Shown one piece after another: positions 45,416 through 54,244 of a stretch of DNA of 64,000 nucleotides. The position numbers were made by a program, and so were the translations under genes. The DNA lies in contig CBDVDV010000003.1 of NCBI GenBank assembly GCA_965372835.1, positions 71-64,070 on the forward strand, read 5' to 3'. Under the pieces are notes generated by a model. The model was not told where the DNA came from and did not search any database. It saw only the letters and a list, made by a program, of their open reading frames with translations. The number at the start of each line of letters is the position of its first letter. Position 1 is the stretch's first letter. This DNA comes from an uncultured bacterium (GTDB taxonomy: Bacteria; Planctomycetota; DG-23; CBDVDV01).

Positions 45416-46087
45416 TTAGCGCAGTTGGTTGATGTAAGCAGTCCTGAAGTCCGGGCTGAGTTCCCGCACGCGCTTCAGCGCGAGTTTGGCCACCGCGTTG
45501 TCGGCGGTGGGCAAGCGGCCCACACAGACGCGGTACTGGTTGCCGATCCGAACCACCATTACGTCCGGAATGCCCTCGCTGAGCAGGCGGGACTTCAGTT
45601 CTTCCGCCGCCCCGACCTTGCCAGCGCCGTAGGTGGCGACCTGTACTGTATACACGGCCGCCTGAGCCACCTCTGGTTTGCTCGGTGTCGTAGGCGTCCG
45701 GCCTGGGGGTACCGCCCCAGGCAGTGCCGCCCGCCGACTCTCCGCGGTCGGTGCGCGAGCCCCGGCCGCTGGCACCTGCTCGCCGGCGACAGCCGGCGCG
45801 ACCTTCTTGGCTCCTCCGGAGACCCGACCCAGGAGGAATGCTAAGACCGCCAGCACCAGGACGCCCACGACGACCACTGCGACCATCCGGGCGCTGATCC
45901 TGACGATCAGACAGGGGAACTCTCCCAGGGTGACCTGCCTCGGCCCCGTTGGGGCCCCCGCCGACGGACGGTCCGCCTCCATCGGGGGCCGGGGCCGGGG
46001 CCGGAGGCCCTGCTCCCCCTCGCCCATCTCAGCTGCGCGAAAGGCCTCCAGCAGGTGAGGAGATCGACGGAGCTTTGCCATGACCAT
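45416..46087 (-). CDS. SPOR-domain (peptidoglycan-binding) membrane protein
   Basis: N-terminal TM helix, Pro/Ala-rich linker, C-terminal YTVQVATYG...VGRL SPOR-like repeat. Confidence 0.55.
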   Translation of the reverse strand: MVMAKLRRSPHLLEAFRAAEMGEGEQGLRPRPRPPMEADRPSAGAPTGPRQVTLGEFPCLIVRISARMVAVVVVGVLVLAVLAFLLGRVSGGAKKVAPAVAGEQVPAAGARAPTAESRRAALPGAVPPGRTPTTPSKPEVAQAAVYTVQVATYGAGKVGAAEELKSRLLSEGIPDVMVVRIGNQYRVCVGRLPTADNAVAKLALKRVRELSPDFRTAYINQLR

Positions 46088-46301
46088 CCTCCACGCGCGA
46101 AATACACAAACCCGTAAGGCAACCCCGTTGCACCCTGTCCACTGAGCTCCTTGATGATACCCGTCCCCTGCAGATTAGTCAAACGATTTCTGCTGAAAGT
46201 ACCGTGGTTGGTCTTCGCGCTTTCGCGCCCGTCTCTTGCCGGCCCGCTGGGAGGCCCCTGCGCCGCGCGAGAGGTGCTCGTTGGTAGGCAACTCGCCGCA
46301 G

Positions 46302-46321
46302 GTCAGGCATTCCTGCCTGAC
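46302..46321. repeat. Hairpin element copy 1 (GTCAGGCA-TTCC-TGCCTGAC)
   Basis: A 22-nt core AGGTCAGGCATTCCTGCCTGAC in the intergenic region upstream of the RACo-like gene. It recurs reverse-complemented at 49370. Confidence 0.6.
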
Positions 46322-46467
46322 CCACCCCGGGCGGACACGCATGTCCGCTTGCCCCCCGTACTTGTAGGCGCCTTGACATCGCCGCCCGCGTGGGGCTATG
46401 GTTTACGTTGGTCGGGCGTTGGCGCCCCGAGGCTGCAGGCCGATGATTGGGAAAGGAGCAGGCGGCG

Positions 46468-48327
46468 GTGACAGGACCTTCCCAGACGGTTCGGGTGACC
46501 CTCCAACCCGAGGGTAGGCGGGTGCGTATGCCCCGAGGGGTCGCCCTTCTGGAAGGCGCCCGGCAGGCTGGCCTGGAGATGGCCTCACCGTGTGGGGGTA
46601 TGGGCACCTGTGGTGGTTGCCGGGTGAGGGTGGAGTCGCCTGGGGTTGCCGTCACCAGCGCGGACGCCAGGTTCTTTGACCACGAGGAACTGGAGGAGGG
46701 GTGGCGGCTGGCCTGTCAGCTGCGCCTGAAGCAGAACCTGGTGGTCACCGTGCCGCGGGGGACCCGAGCCTTCGACCAGAAAATCCTGGAGGCCGGCATC
46801 GCCGCCGAAATCCGCCTGGAGCCAGCTGTCCGCCGGGTGAGAGTCGGGCTGGAGCCTCCGGACCTGACGGATCTCGCCAGCGACCTCGACCGACTGCAGC
46901 GGGGCCTGGAGCAGGCTGGCATGGCCTCGGTCAGCGTCCCGCACGACATCCTCCAGTGTCTGCCGGAGACACTTCGCGCAGCCGACTTCCAGCTCGCGGC
47001 TACGGTGGTGGACGGCCGGCTGGCCGCGCTGGAGCCCGGCGGGGTCTCCCGGGCTCCTTTGGGTGTGGCTGTCGATGTCGGCACCACGACCGTAGTGGGG
47101 ATGCTTCTGGACTTGGAGACGGGGCAGGAACTGGCCGTGGCCAGCGCCACCAACCCCCAGGTCGCTTACGGTGACGACGTGGTCAGTCGCATCAACTATG
47201 CGCAGACGCAGCCGAGCGGCCTACGGACCCTCCAGCGTGCGGTCGTTGGGTGCGTCAACGACATCATCGGACGGCTCTGTCGTCAGGCCCGGGTGCGTCG
47301 GCGGGACGTCTACGAAGTGGTGGTGGTGGGGAACACCACCATGAGCCACCTGCTCCTGAGCGTCGATCCCCAGTTCATCGCCCAGGCTCCCTACGTGGGG
47401 GTCTGGCGGGAAGGCCGGAACTTGCCGGCCCGCCTGGTGGGCGTGCGCATCCACCGTCGGGGTCAGCTCACAGTGCTGCCCAATATCGCCGGGTTCGTGG
47501 GGAGTGACACGGTGGGGGTGGTGCTGGCGACGGGGCTGATGGACAGTGAGCAGGTCGAACTGGCCATCGACATCGGCACCAACGGAGAAATGGTTCTCGG
47601 CTCCAAGGGACGGCTCGTCTGTTGCTCGACGGCGGCCGGCCCCGCTTTTGAAGGCGCGCGGATCCGTTTCGGTATGCGGGCTGCATCCGGAGCCATCGAA
47701 CGGGTCTCGATGGTGGAGGACGTGGAGCTTGAGGTCATCGGGGCGGCCGATCCCGTGGGACTGTGCGGCACGGGGCTCATCGACACGGTGGCCGAACTGG
47801 TTCGCCTGGGGGTGGTGGACACGGGAGGTCGACTTCGCACGGCCGAGGAACTGGAGCAGGTGCCTGAGCCGATCCGCCGGCGGGTTCGGCGGCACGATGA
47901 TGGGCTCATCTTTGTCCTGGCCACTCCGGACGACGGGGCAGCCGAGGACATCTACCTCACGCAGCGGGACGTCCGGGAGGTGCAGCTGGCCAAGGGGGCC
48001 ATCGCCGCCGGGATTCAGATTCTGAAGCAGGAGTTGGGCGTGACCGATGCGGACATCAGTCGTGTCTTTCTCGCCGGCGCTTTCGGGAACTACATTCGAC
48101 GTGATATGGCGCTACGTGTCGGACTGCTTCCTCAGGTGTCGCTGGAACGGGTGGAGTTCGTGGGTAACAGCGCCGGCACCGGGGCCAAACTGGCGCTGTT
48201 GAGTACCGCAGCCCGTCGCTCTGCGGAGCGCATTTCGCAGGCCGTGGAGTACCTGGAGTTGGCGGCCCGACCTGAGTTCCAGCAGGCCTTCGTGCAGGCC
48301 TTGTTCTTCCCCAGCCCGAAGACTTGA
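46468..48327 (+). CDS. 2Fe-2S ferredoxin-domain / ASKHA (DUF4445) protein, corrinoid reductive-activase (RACo/RamA)-like
   Basis: N-terminal plant-type ferredoxin motif CGGMGTCGGCRV. Large C-terminal ASKHA-like domain. Likely GTG start at 46468 with AAGGAG 10 nt upstream (the track uses TTG at 46447). Confidence 0.6.
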   Translation: MTGPSQTVRVTLQPEGRRVRMPRGVALLEGARQAGLEMASPCGGMGTCGGCRVRVESPGVAVTSADARFFDHEELEEGWRLACQLRLKQNLVVTVPRGTRAFDQKILEAGIAAEIRLEPAVRRVRVGLEPPDLTDLASDLDRLQRGLEQAGMASVSVPHDILQCLPETLRAADFQLAATVVDGRLAALEPGGVSRAPLGVAVDVGTTTVVGMLLDLETGQELAVASATNPQVAYGDDVVSRINYAQTQPSGLRTLQRAVVGCVNDIIGRLCRQARVRRRDVYEVVVVGNTTMSHLLLSVDPQFIAQAPYVGVWREGRNLPARLVGVRIHRRGQLTVLPNIAGFVGSDTVGVVLATGLMDSEQVELAIDIGTNGEMVLGSKGRLVCCSTAAGPAFEGARIRFGMRAASGAIERVSMVEDVELEVIGAADPVGLCGTGLIDTVAELVRLGVVDTGGRLRTAEELEQVPEPIRRRVRRHDDGLIFVLATPDDGAAEDIYLTQRDVREVQLAKGAIAAGIQILKQELGVTDADISRVFLAGAFGNYIRRDMALRVGLLPQVSLERVEFVGNSAGTGAKLALLSTAARRSAERISQAVEYLELAARPEFQQAFVQALFFPSPKT

Positions 48328-48375
48328 GCCCCGGACGAGACGGATGGGTGGGCGGGAGCGGCACCCGCAGGTCGC

Positions 48376-48726
48376 TTACTCGGGGAGCCGGTCGTCCTCA
48401 CGACCTTCTTGGAATTCACTTTCCGTTTCGCTCAGCATGCGGCGGACTCGGCGCTCACCTTCGCTAAGCCTCGTGCCCCGTACCCGATCCATCCTCATGG
48501 CCAGAAGGATGGTGGCCACTGCCGCCACCACGGCCACCACCGCCACGAGAATGTAGAGGACGTTCATGAAACTCTCAGGGTCAATGGGCTGGGCCGACGC
48601 CGGGGTGGGACCGGGAACGGCCCCCTCACCGCCGACGACCTCCTGGGCCAGAAGGTGGGGCGCTCCCAGCCACAGGACTCCGAGCAGGGCCACCACGCTT
48701 AGCAGGTTCTTGCTGGCTGACATCAT
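48376..48726 (-). CDS. Small bitopic membrane protein (hypothetical)
   Basis: Signal/TM segments and an acidic C-terminal tail. Confidence 0.35.
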   Translation of the reverse strand: MMSASKNLLSVVALLGVLWLGAPHLLAQEVVGGEGAVPGPTPASAQPIDPESFMNVLYILVAVVAVVAAVATILLAMRMDRVRGTRLSEGERRVRRMLSETESEFQEGREDDRLPE

Positions 48727-48823
48727 TTGCTCCTCTCCGGTGAGCTTGACCCCGTCTTGTCGCTCTATCGGCTACTACCATACAGGCGACGCCTCGCCGG
48801 AACAAGCGGCCAAAGGACCTCGG

Positions 48824-49303
48824 TCACTCAGGCTCTGGGTCGTCACCTGGGGGAGGTCCCTTCTCGGCCTCGCCATTTTCGGACATAATCCGCTCGATGT
48901 CCACTTCCGCCAGCGTCTCTTCCTTCACTTCCCACCAGAGGTCTTTGAGTTGCGTGGGCTTACGGCGCTTCCGACTCGGCAAGCGGCGCCGCCTCCAGTA
49001 CACCGTCAGAAGTATGAGGGCGAGCAGGAACGCTACCAGCAGGAGGGCCAGAATGACCATCCCCGCGAGCGCCGCGCGCCTCTGCTCAATCTTGCGCTGG
49101 GCTTCGTCCGATTCCGTCTGCGACGGTGCCACCGTTTGCTCACGGGACAGTTGCGGGGGTGACGGCTCGGCATCGTTGCCTTGGGAGCCAGACTGACCCT
49201 GACCGCATGCTTGTCGGGCAAGGCCGACCACCGTGACCATGAGAACACATACCAGGAAGCGGTGCACCGGAGTCTCCTTGTTCCGCAGCCGACTACTATT
49301 CAA
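48824..49303 (-). CDS. Small bitopic membrane protein (hypothetical)
   Basis: N-terminal signal, a central TM (MVILALLLVAFLLALILLTVYW) followed by RRRR, and an acidic C-terminus. Confidence 0.4.
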   Translation of the reverse strand: MNSSRLRNKETPVHRFLVCVLMVTVVGLARQACGQGQSGSQGNDAEPSPPQLSREQTVAPSQTESDEAQRKIEQRRAALAGMVILALLLVAFLLALILLTVYWRRRRLPSRKRRKPTQLKDLWWEVKEETLAEVDIERIMSENGEAEKGPPPGDDPEPE

Positions 49304-49369
49304 TTATAGGGGACTTGGCAACGCCGTCAACTCTGAGCCGCCAGAACCTGGCTCCCGTCGCCGGGGTCA

Positions 49370-49389
49370 GTCAGGCAGGAATGCCTGAC
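49370..49389. repeat. Hairpin element copy 2 (reverse-complement orientation of the 46302 element)
   Basis: GTCAGGCAGGAATGCCTGAC. Flanks extend the match to about 22-24 nt. Lies in the intergenic region upstream of the 49534 lipoprotein gene. Confidence 0.6.
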
Positions 49390-49533
49390 CTACGGAAAGC
49401 CCGAACCGTGACAGTACCCACCCGCCGGCTGGCGGGTCGCTCAACCTCTGCGCACGACCACTTGCCTCTTCAGCACAGCAGGCTATAATGTGACTTGAGC
49501 GAGAATGTGACTTGAGCGGGAAGGACCGAACGT

Positions 49534-50229
49534 TTGGCTGGAGGGTACCGGGTGCGCTGGTGGAAGGTCGGACTCCTGTTGGCCATGGTGATGGGCCTCG
49601 GCGCCTGTCGGCAGCAAGAAGGCCCGCGGCTTGCCTGTCAGGGGCACCTGGTTGATTCCCTCGAGGAAGAGTTGGAGGCCCCACCAACCGAGCAGGATCA
49701 GGAGCGGCTCCAGGCGCTCCTGGAGGAGTTGCGGCAGGAGTTCAAGGAGCAGGAGCGCATCCGGGAGCAGCAGAGCCGGGTTATCGAAGCCCTGCTCAAG
49801 CGCCTCGAGAAAGCGTCGCCCAGCGGTCACCTCCCGCTGCGGACGGGGCCGGTAGTGGTCGAGGTTCAGTTTAGTTTCGATACCCTTCCTCGCGACCGGG
49901 ACGGGGACGGCACCCAGGATTACCTCTACGTGACCGTCTGGCCGAAGGACGGAGCCCGGGACACGGTCAAGGCCGTGGGGACCATGCGGTTCGTGCTCAG
50001 TCGGCGACCGCCTTTTGACTTCGGTGTGCGTGGCGAGGTTCTTCAGAGTTGGCGGCGGGAGCCTGAGGCCGTCGATGAGGCCTGGCAGGACGCCTGGGTC
50101 TTCGACGGCCACCATTTCGAACTGACCCTGGAGGAGGGGGCGAGGGCAGCCGGCAAGGTGGTTTTGGAAGTGAGTTACATCGGTGCTGACGGTCGGGAAC
50201 TCACGGCCAAGAAGGCACTGGAATTCTAA
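49534..50229 (+). CDS. Hypothetical lipoprotein (coiled-coil N-term + conserved C-terminal domain), paralog 1
   Basis: Lipoprotein-like signal (LLLAMVMGLGAC). The C-terminal block (DGDGTQDYLYVTVWPKDGARDTVKAVGTMRFVL) is similar to the block in 50253..50963 (GDDGVIIYLYPLDRSGDTVKRAGDCTFELF). Confidence 0.55.
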   Translation: MAGGYRVRWWKVGLLLAMVMGLGACRQQEGPRLACQGHLVDSLEEELEAPPTEQDQERLQALLEELRQEFKEQERIREQQSRVIEALLKRLEKASPSGHLPLRTGPVVVEVQFSFDTLPRDRDGDGTQDYLYVTVWPKDGARDTVKAVGTMRFVLSRRPPFDFGVRGEVLQSWRREPEAVDEAWQDAWVFDGHHFELTLEEGARAAGKVVLEVSYIGADGRELTAKKALEF

Positions 50230-50252
50230 AAGTTCGGGGCGGCTTGCCGAGC

Positions 50253-50963
50253 CTACTTGGCCTCTTCGGCGGCAGGTGGCGGGACGACGCGCAAGCGTTT
50301 GGTGGCCGTGAACTCCCGGCCCGAGAGGACGACGAAACTCGTTTTGAGGATAGGTTCGGTGGTTGTCGGCGCCGAGTCGCGCCAGGCCAGTTTGAAGCGA
50401 TAGCATCCGGGGAAGGTCTGCCAGGACTCAGCCGCCTGGGCGGCGGGGATGTGCCAAGTCATTATCAGCGCGCGCTCTGAACGATTGAGGTCAAAGAGTT
50501 CGAAGGTGCAGTCCCCCGCTCGCTTGACCGTGTCGCCTGACCGGTCCAGCGGATAAAGGTAGATGATAACGCCGTCGTCGCCGGGCTGGCCGTCCCAGTC
50601 GGTCGCACCGGTGAGCATTCCCAGGGCAAGGGAGGCCACTTCAAAGTCCCGCATCGGCTCTGCGCTCGGCTGACGTTCGCTGGTTGGGGGAAGGGGGTCT
50701 AACTCCAACGGCGCCAGCGGTGAGGCCCGACGAGCGCGGGTCAACTCGTCGGCCAGGGCGTTGGTACGGGTGTCCAGCTCGTCAAATCGGCGGCCGAGAG
50801 CCTCCAGGGAGACAGTGACTTCTTGGAGTTGGGCCTGAACCTGCTGGAGTTGTTCGCGCTGGGGGCTGGGCGACGCGGACCGTCGAGGCGGCCCCATGCA
50901 GCCAGCCAGCAAGCCCCACACCAGCAGACAGGCAATAAGTCCATGCGGCCCGGGACGTTTCAC
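50253..50963 (-). CDS. Hypothetical lipoprotein, paralog 2 (convergent with paralog 1)
   Basis: Signal with lipobox (LLAGCMG), coiled-coil region, shared C-terminal domain. Confidence 0.55.
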   Translation of the reverse strand: MKRPGPHGLIACLLVWGLLAGCMGPPRRSASPSPQREQLQQVQAQLQEVTVSLEALGRRFDELDTRTNALADELTRARRASPLAPLELDPLPPTSERQPSAEPMRDFEVASLALGMLTGATDWDGQPGDDGVIIYLYPLDRSGDTVKRAGDCTFELFDLNRSERALIMTWHIPAAQAAESWQTFPGCYRFKLAWRDSAPTTTEPILKTSFVVLSGREFTATKRLRVVPPPAAEEAK

Positions 50964-51196
50964 CGGAGACCCCCACGAGCAGAACCAAGATATCCACAGT
51001 AGGCTGGACTACTCCACGTCATCGCCAGAATACGATACTCACCCCAGGAGTCAACTGAAAAACGGATGGCGGTGACTTTGAGCGCCGGGGGAGAATGGGA
51101 GTGGAGAGGGCTTCTGGGAAAATTTCCCTTGAAAACCGGCCTACGTGGGGGGAAGATGAAAGATGTCCGCAGGTGATGCCTGGCGGCGCTTGCGGT

Positions 51197-51272
51197 GCGG
51201 GTGTAGCTCAGCTGGTAGAGCACAGCGTTGCCAACGCTGCTGTCGTGGGTTCGAGTCCCATCACCCGCTCCA
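51197..51272 (+). tRNA. tRNA-Gly (anticodon GCC)
   Basis: Cloverleaf read by hand. Acceptor stem GCGGGTG/CACCCGC, D-arm GCTC-AGCTGGTA-GAGC, anticodon stem-loop CAGCG-TTGCCAA-CGCTG, T-arm GTGGG-TTCGAGT-CCCAT, 3' CCA encoded. Confidence 0.85.
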
Positions 51273-51304
51273 TTCTTTGACACTTCCGCGCGGGGAGTTG
51301 ACGT

Positions 51305-52723
51305 GTGACAGAACCAGAAAAGACCACCGAAGCGACAGCGGCTCAGATCGAAATCGAGGAACTGGGGCCCTGCAAGCGCCGGCTCACCGTTCGTGTCCCC
51401 AAGGATACCATCCAGGCGGAAGTGGCCCGGAGTTTCGACGAGTTAACGGACAAGGCCGTGGTGCCCGGGTTCCGCCGGGGTCGAGCGCCCCGCCGACTAC
51501 TGGAGGCCCGCTTCGGCGAGGCCGTCCGTGAACAGGTCAAGGAGCAGCTCATCACCCGCAGTTACCAGGAGGCCCTCGAAGAACACCGTCTGGAGCCGGT
51601 GGGCACCCCCGACGTCGAAAACGTCGAGTTCGACCCCGAGGCAGAACTCAGCTACGACGTAACCCTGGAAATCAAGCCCATCTTCGAGGTGGGGGAGTAT
51701 GAGGGCCTCGAACTCGAGAAGCCTACCACGGACTCGACCGAAGAGGAACTGGTCCAGGCCCTGGACAGGCTCCGGGACCGGGAGGCCCGCTACGAGACTG
51801 CTGAGGGGGCGGCGTTCGGCGACGGGTGTCTGGCCGTGGTCGATTGCGAGGTGACCATCGACGGTGAGTCCTATATCCGCCGCGAGCAAACCGAACTCAT
51901 CGCCGGGCAGGAAAACTGGCTCCGCCTGCTCTCCGACGAGGTCAACGAGCCACTGATGGGCAAGGCCGCGGGCGACGAGGTGACCTTCTCCACGGTGATC
52001 CGTCCCGACTTCCCTGAGGAAAGCCGCCAGGGCAAGGTGGCTGAGGTGCGGGTGAAGTTCTACGAGATCAAAGAACGCCGGGTGCCGGAGGCCGACGATG
52101 AGTTCGCCCGCAGTCTGGGGACCGAGGGGCTGGACGAGCTCAAAGAGCGCATCCGCACCGAACTGGCTCGCCAGAAGGAGGCCGAGGCGCAGGCCTCTTT
52201 GCGCCGACAGGTCGGCGATCGGCTGTTAGAGAAGTTCGACTTCGAACTGCCCGGGGAACTGCTCCAAGAGCACGCCGAGGATGTCCTTCGTCGTCAGCGT
52301 CTCGACCTCCAGTACCGTGGCGTTCCTCTGGAGGAGATTGACAAGCACACCGGCGAGTTGGAGGAAGCCTCCCAGGAGCGGGCCGAGCGGCAGTTTAAAC
52401 TGTTGTTTATCCTGGAAAAGATCGCCGAGAAGGAAAAGGTTTTTGCCACGGAGAACGACTTGGAGAACGAGATCGGTGTGCTGGCCTCCAACTACCAGGT
52501 TCGGCCGGCGCGGATGCGGGCCGAGTTGCAGCGTCGGCGGATGCTCAGCGAACTCCGCATCCGCATCCGTGAACGGAAGACCATTGACCTTCTCTTGTCC
52601 AAAGCGAACGTCGTGGAGACGACTCCGGCGAGTGCGGACGAGCCCGCCGAACCCCAGAAGGAACCTGAGTCCCCGGACGCTCAGGAGCCCAGTGAAGAGG
52701 CTGCCGGGGACGCTGAGGAGTGA
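51305..52723 (+). CDS. tig: Trigger factor
   Basis: GTG start. Trigger-factor N-terminal ribosome-binding domain (IEIEELGPCKRRLTVRVP), PPIase and C-terminal domains. About 470 aa. Confidence 0.85.
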   Translation: MTEPEKTTEATAAQIEIEELGPCKRRLTVRVPKDTIQAEVARSFDELTDKAVVPGFRRGRAPRRLLEARFGEAVREQVKEQLITRSYQEALEEHRLEPVGTPDVENVEFDPEAELSYDVTLEIKPIFEVGEYEGLELEKPTTDSTEEELVQALDRLRDREARYETAEGAAFGDGCLAVVDCEVTIDGESYIRREQTELIAGQENWLRLLSDEVNEPLMGKAAGDEVTFSTVIRPDFPEESRQGKVAEVRVKFYEIKERRVPEADDEFARSLGTEGLDELKERIRTELARQKEAEAQASLRRQVGDRLLEKFDFELPGELLQEHAEDVLRRQRLDLQYRGVPLEEIDKHTGELEEASQERAERQFKLLFILEKIAEKEKVFATENDLENEIGVLASNYQVRPARMRAELQRRRMLSELRIRIRERKTIDLLLSKANVVETTPASADEPAEPQKEPESPDAQEPSEEAAGDAEE

Positions 52724-52729
52724 AGTTCC

Positions 52730-53347
52730 ATGGTTTCCATCCCCTATGTCATTGAAAAGACCGGTCGTGAGGAGCGGGTCTACGACCTTTTCAGCCGACT
52801 GCTAAAGGACCGCATCGTCTTCCTGGGCAGCGAGGTCACCGACGTCTCGAGCAACATCGTCATCGCCCAGTTCCTCTTTCTGGCCAACGATAACCCCGAG
52901 GCCGACATCAACTTCTACATCAACTCCCCGGGTGGCTCGGTGACCGCCGGGCTGGCCATCTACGATACCATGCAGTACGTGCCCCCTGACGTGGCTACCT
53001 ACGTCGTCGGCCAGGCCGCCTCACTCGCCGCCGTGCTGCTGGCTGCGGGCGCCCCGGGCAAGCGCCACGCCCTGCCCAACTCACGTATGGTGCTTCACCA
53101 GCCCTGGACCACGGGCATGGCCGGGACCGCCAGCGACATCGCCATCCATGCCGATGACCTGGTCAAGGTCAAAAAGAAACTGGTCCAAATCCTGGCTAAG
53201 CACACCGGCAAGAGCGAAGAGGAAGTCGAGCGTGACACCGACCGCGACTTCATCCTCTGGCCTGAAGACGCCAAGAAATACGGACTGGTCGATGAGGTGC
53301 TGACGGCTCCTCTCAAGGTCGCCGCCCCTGACAAGGGGAAAAAGTAG
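52730..53347 (+). CDS. clpP: ATP-dependent Clp protease proteolytic subunit
   Basis: YDLFSRLLKDRIVFLG...INSPGGSVTAGLAIYDTMQ, with the Ser-His-Asp catalytic motifs. Confidence 0.9.
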   Translation: MVSIPYVIEKTGREERVYDLFSRLLKDRIVFLGSEVTDVSSNIVIAQFLFLANDNPEADINFYINSPGGSVTAGLAIYDTMQYVPPDVATYVVGQAASLAAVLLAAGAPGKRHALPNSRMVLHQPWTTGMAGTASDIAIHADDLVKVKKKLVQILAKHTGKSEEEVERDTDRDFILWPEDAKKYGLVDEVLTAPLKVAAPDKGKK

Positions 53348-53371
53348 CGCCCGGGCTCTTCTTTCCTTGGC

Positions 53372-53500
53372 CTTCTCACTTGAACTTCTCACTAAGCCAA
53401 GGTGCGCAAGCGAGAACAGTAACGGGTTCAAGTTCAAGTTCAAGTGTAAGTGAGGAGGGGAAGCCAAGGGTGCTCGCTGGCTCGCACCTTGGCTTCAATG
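53372..53500 (+). promoter_or_regulatory. Complex nested inverted-repeat/tandem-repeat region (possible structured regulatory RNA or attenuator) between clpP and the creatininase gene
   Basis: CTTCTCACTTGAACTTCTCACT ... GCCAAGGTGCGCAAGCGAG ... GTTCAAGTTCAAGTTCAAGTGTAAGTGAG ... GCCAAGGGTGCTCGCTGGCTCGCACCTTGGC. The inner and outer arms are mutually complementary, there are three tandem GTTCAA hexamers, and the last block is itself a 10-bp-stem hairpin. Confidence 0.4.
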
Positions 53501-53560
53501 GGCCGGGGCTGAGGGCTGTGGTGAGCGTGGTCGCCAGGCACGAGGCGGGAGGCAGGGGTC

Positions 53561-54244
53561 GTGCGAAAGGTCAAACTGGAAGAACTGTTCCCCGATGAGG
53601 TGCGCGCGGCGCTGGCCGAGCGGCCCCTGGCCTACGTACCCATCGGCCAGTTGGAACGCCACGGGCCTCACTGCGCCATTGGTCTGGACGGCCTCAAGGC
53701 GCACGAGATCTGCGTGCGCTGCGCCGAGCGGACCGGCGGCGTGGTGGTGCCGGCGACCTACTGGTCGGTGGGGGAGTGGACCAACGACGAGACCGTCGGC
53801 GACCTGGAGCCCGAAACCATAGAGGCCCTCTACTACCAGGTCTTTCGGGGCCTCAAGCAACTCGGAGCCAAGGCCGTTGTGGCCTTGACCGGGCACTATC
53901 CTCAGAACCAGGTCACCACTCTGAAGTCTGCGGCCGGCCGGTTCCAGGCCGAGCACGGGATACCCGTACTGGCCCTGGGCGAGAACGAACTGACCCAGGA
54001 CATCGGTTATCTGAAAGACCATGCCGGCCGGTGGGAAACGTCTCTCTTGATGTACCTGCGACCCGAACTCGTTGATATGGGTCGGCTGGCTCCCTATGAT
54101 ATCACCACCGAGGAAGGGCGGCGCGCTGCCCGGGTCTGGGACCCCGAGACCAAGGAGGCGTCCTCCCCCGAACTCGGTGAGAAAGTGGCGGCGCTCGTCG
54201 TCGAGCGCCTCTCGGCCAAAGCGTTGGAACTGCTGGGTGGATGA
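53561..54244 (+). CDS. Creatininase (creatinine amidohydrolase) family protein
   Basis: LAYVPIGQLERHGPHCAIGLD metal-binding motif. About 225 aa. Confidence 0.65.
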   Translation: MRKVKLEELFPDEVRAALAERPLAYVPIGQLERHGPHCAIGLDGLKAHEICVRCAERTGGVVVPATYWSVGEWTNDETVGDLEPETIEALYYQVFRGLKQLGAKAVVALTGHYPQNQVTTLKSAAGRFQAEHGIPVLALGENELTQDIGYLKDHAGRWETSLLMYLRPELVDMGRLAPYDITTEEGRRAARVWDPETKEASSPELGEKVAALVVERLSAKALELLGG

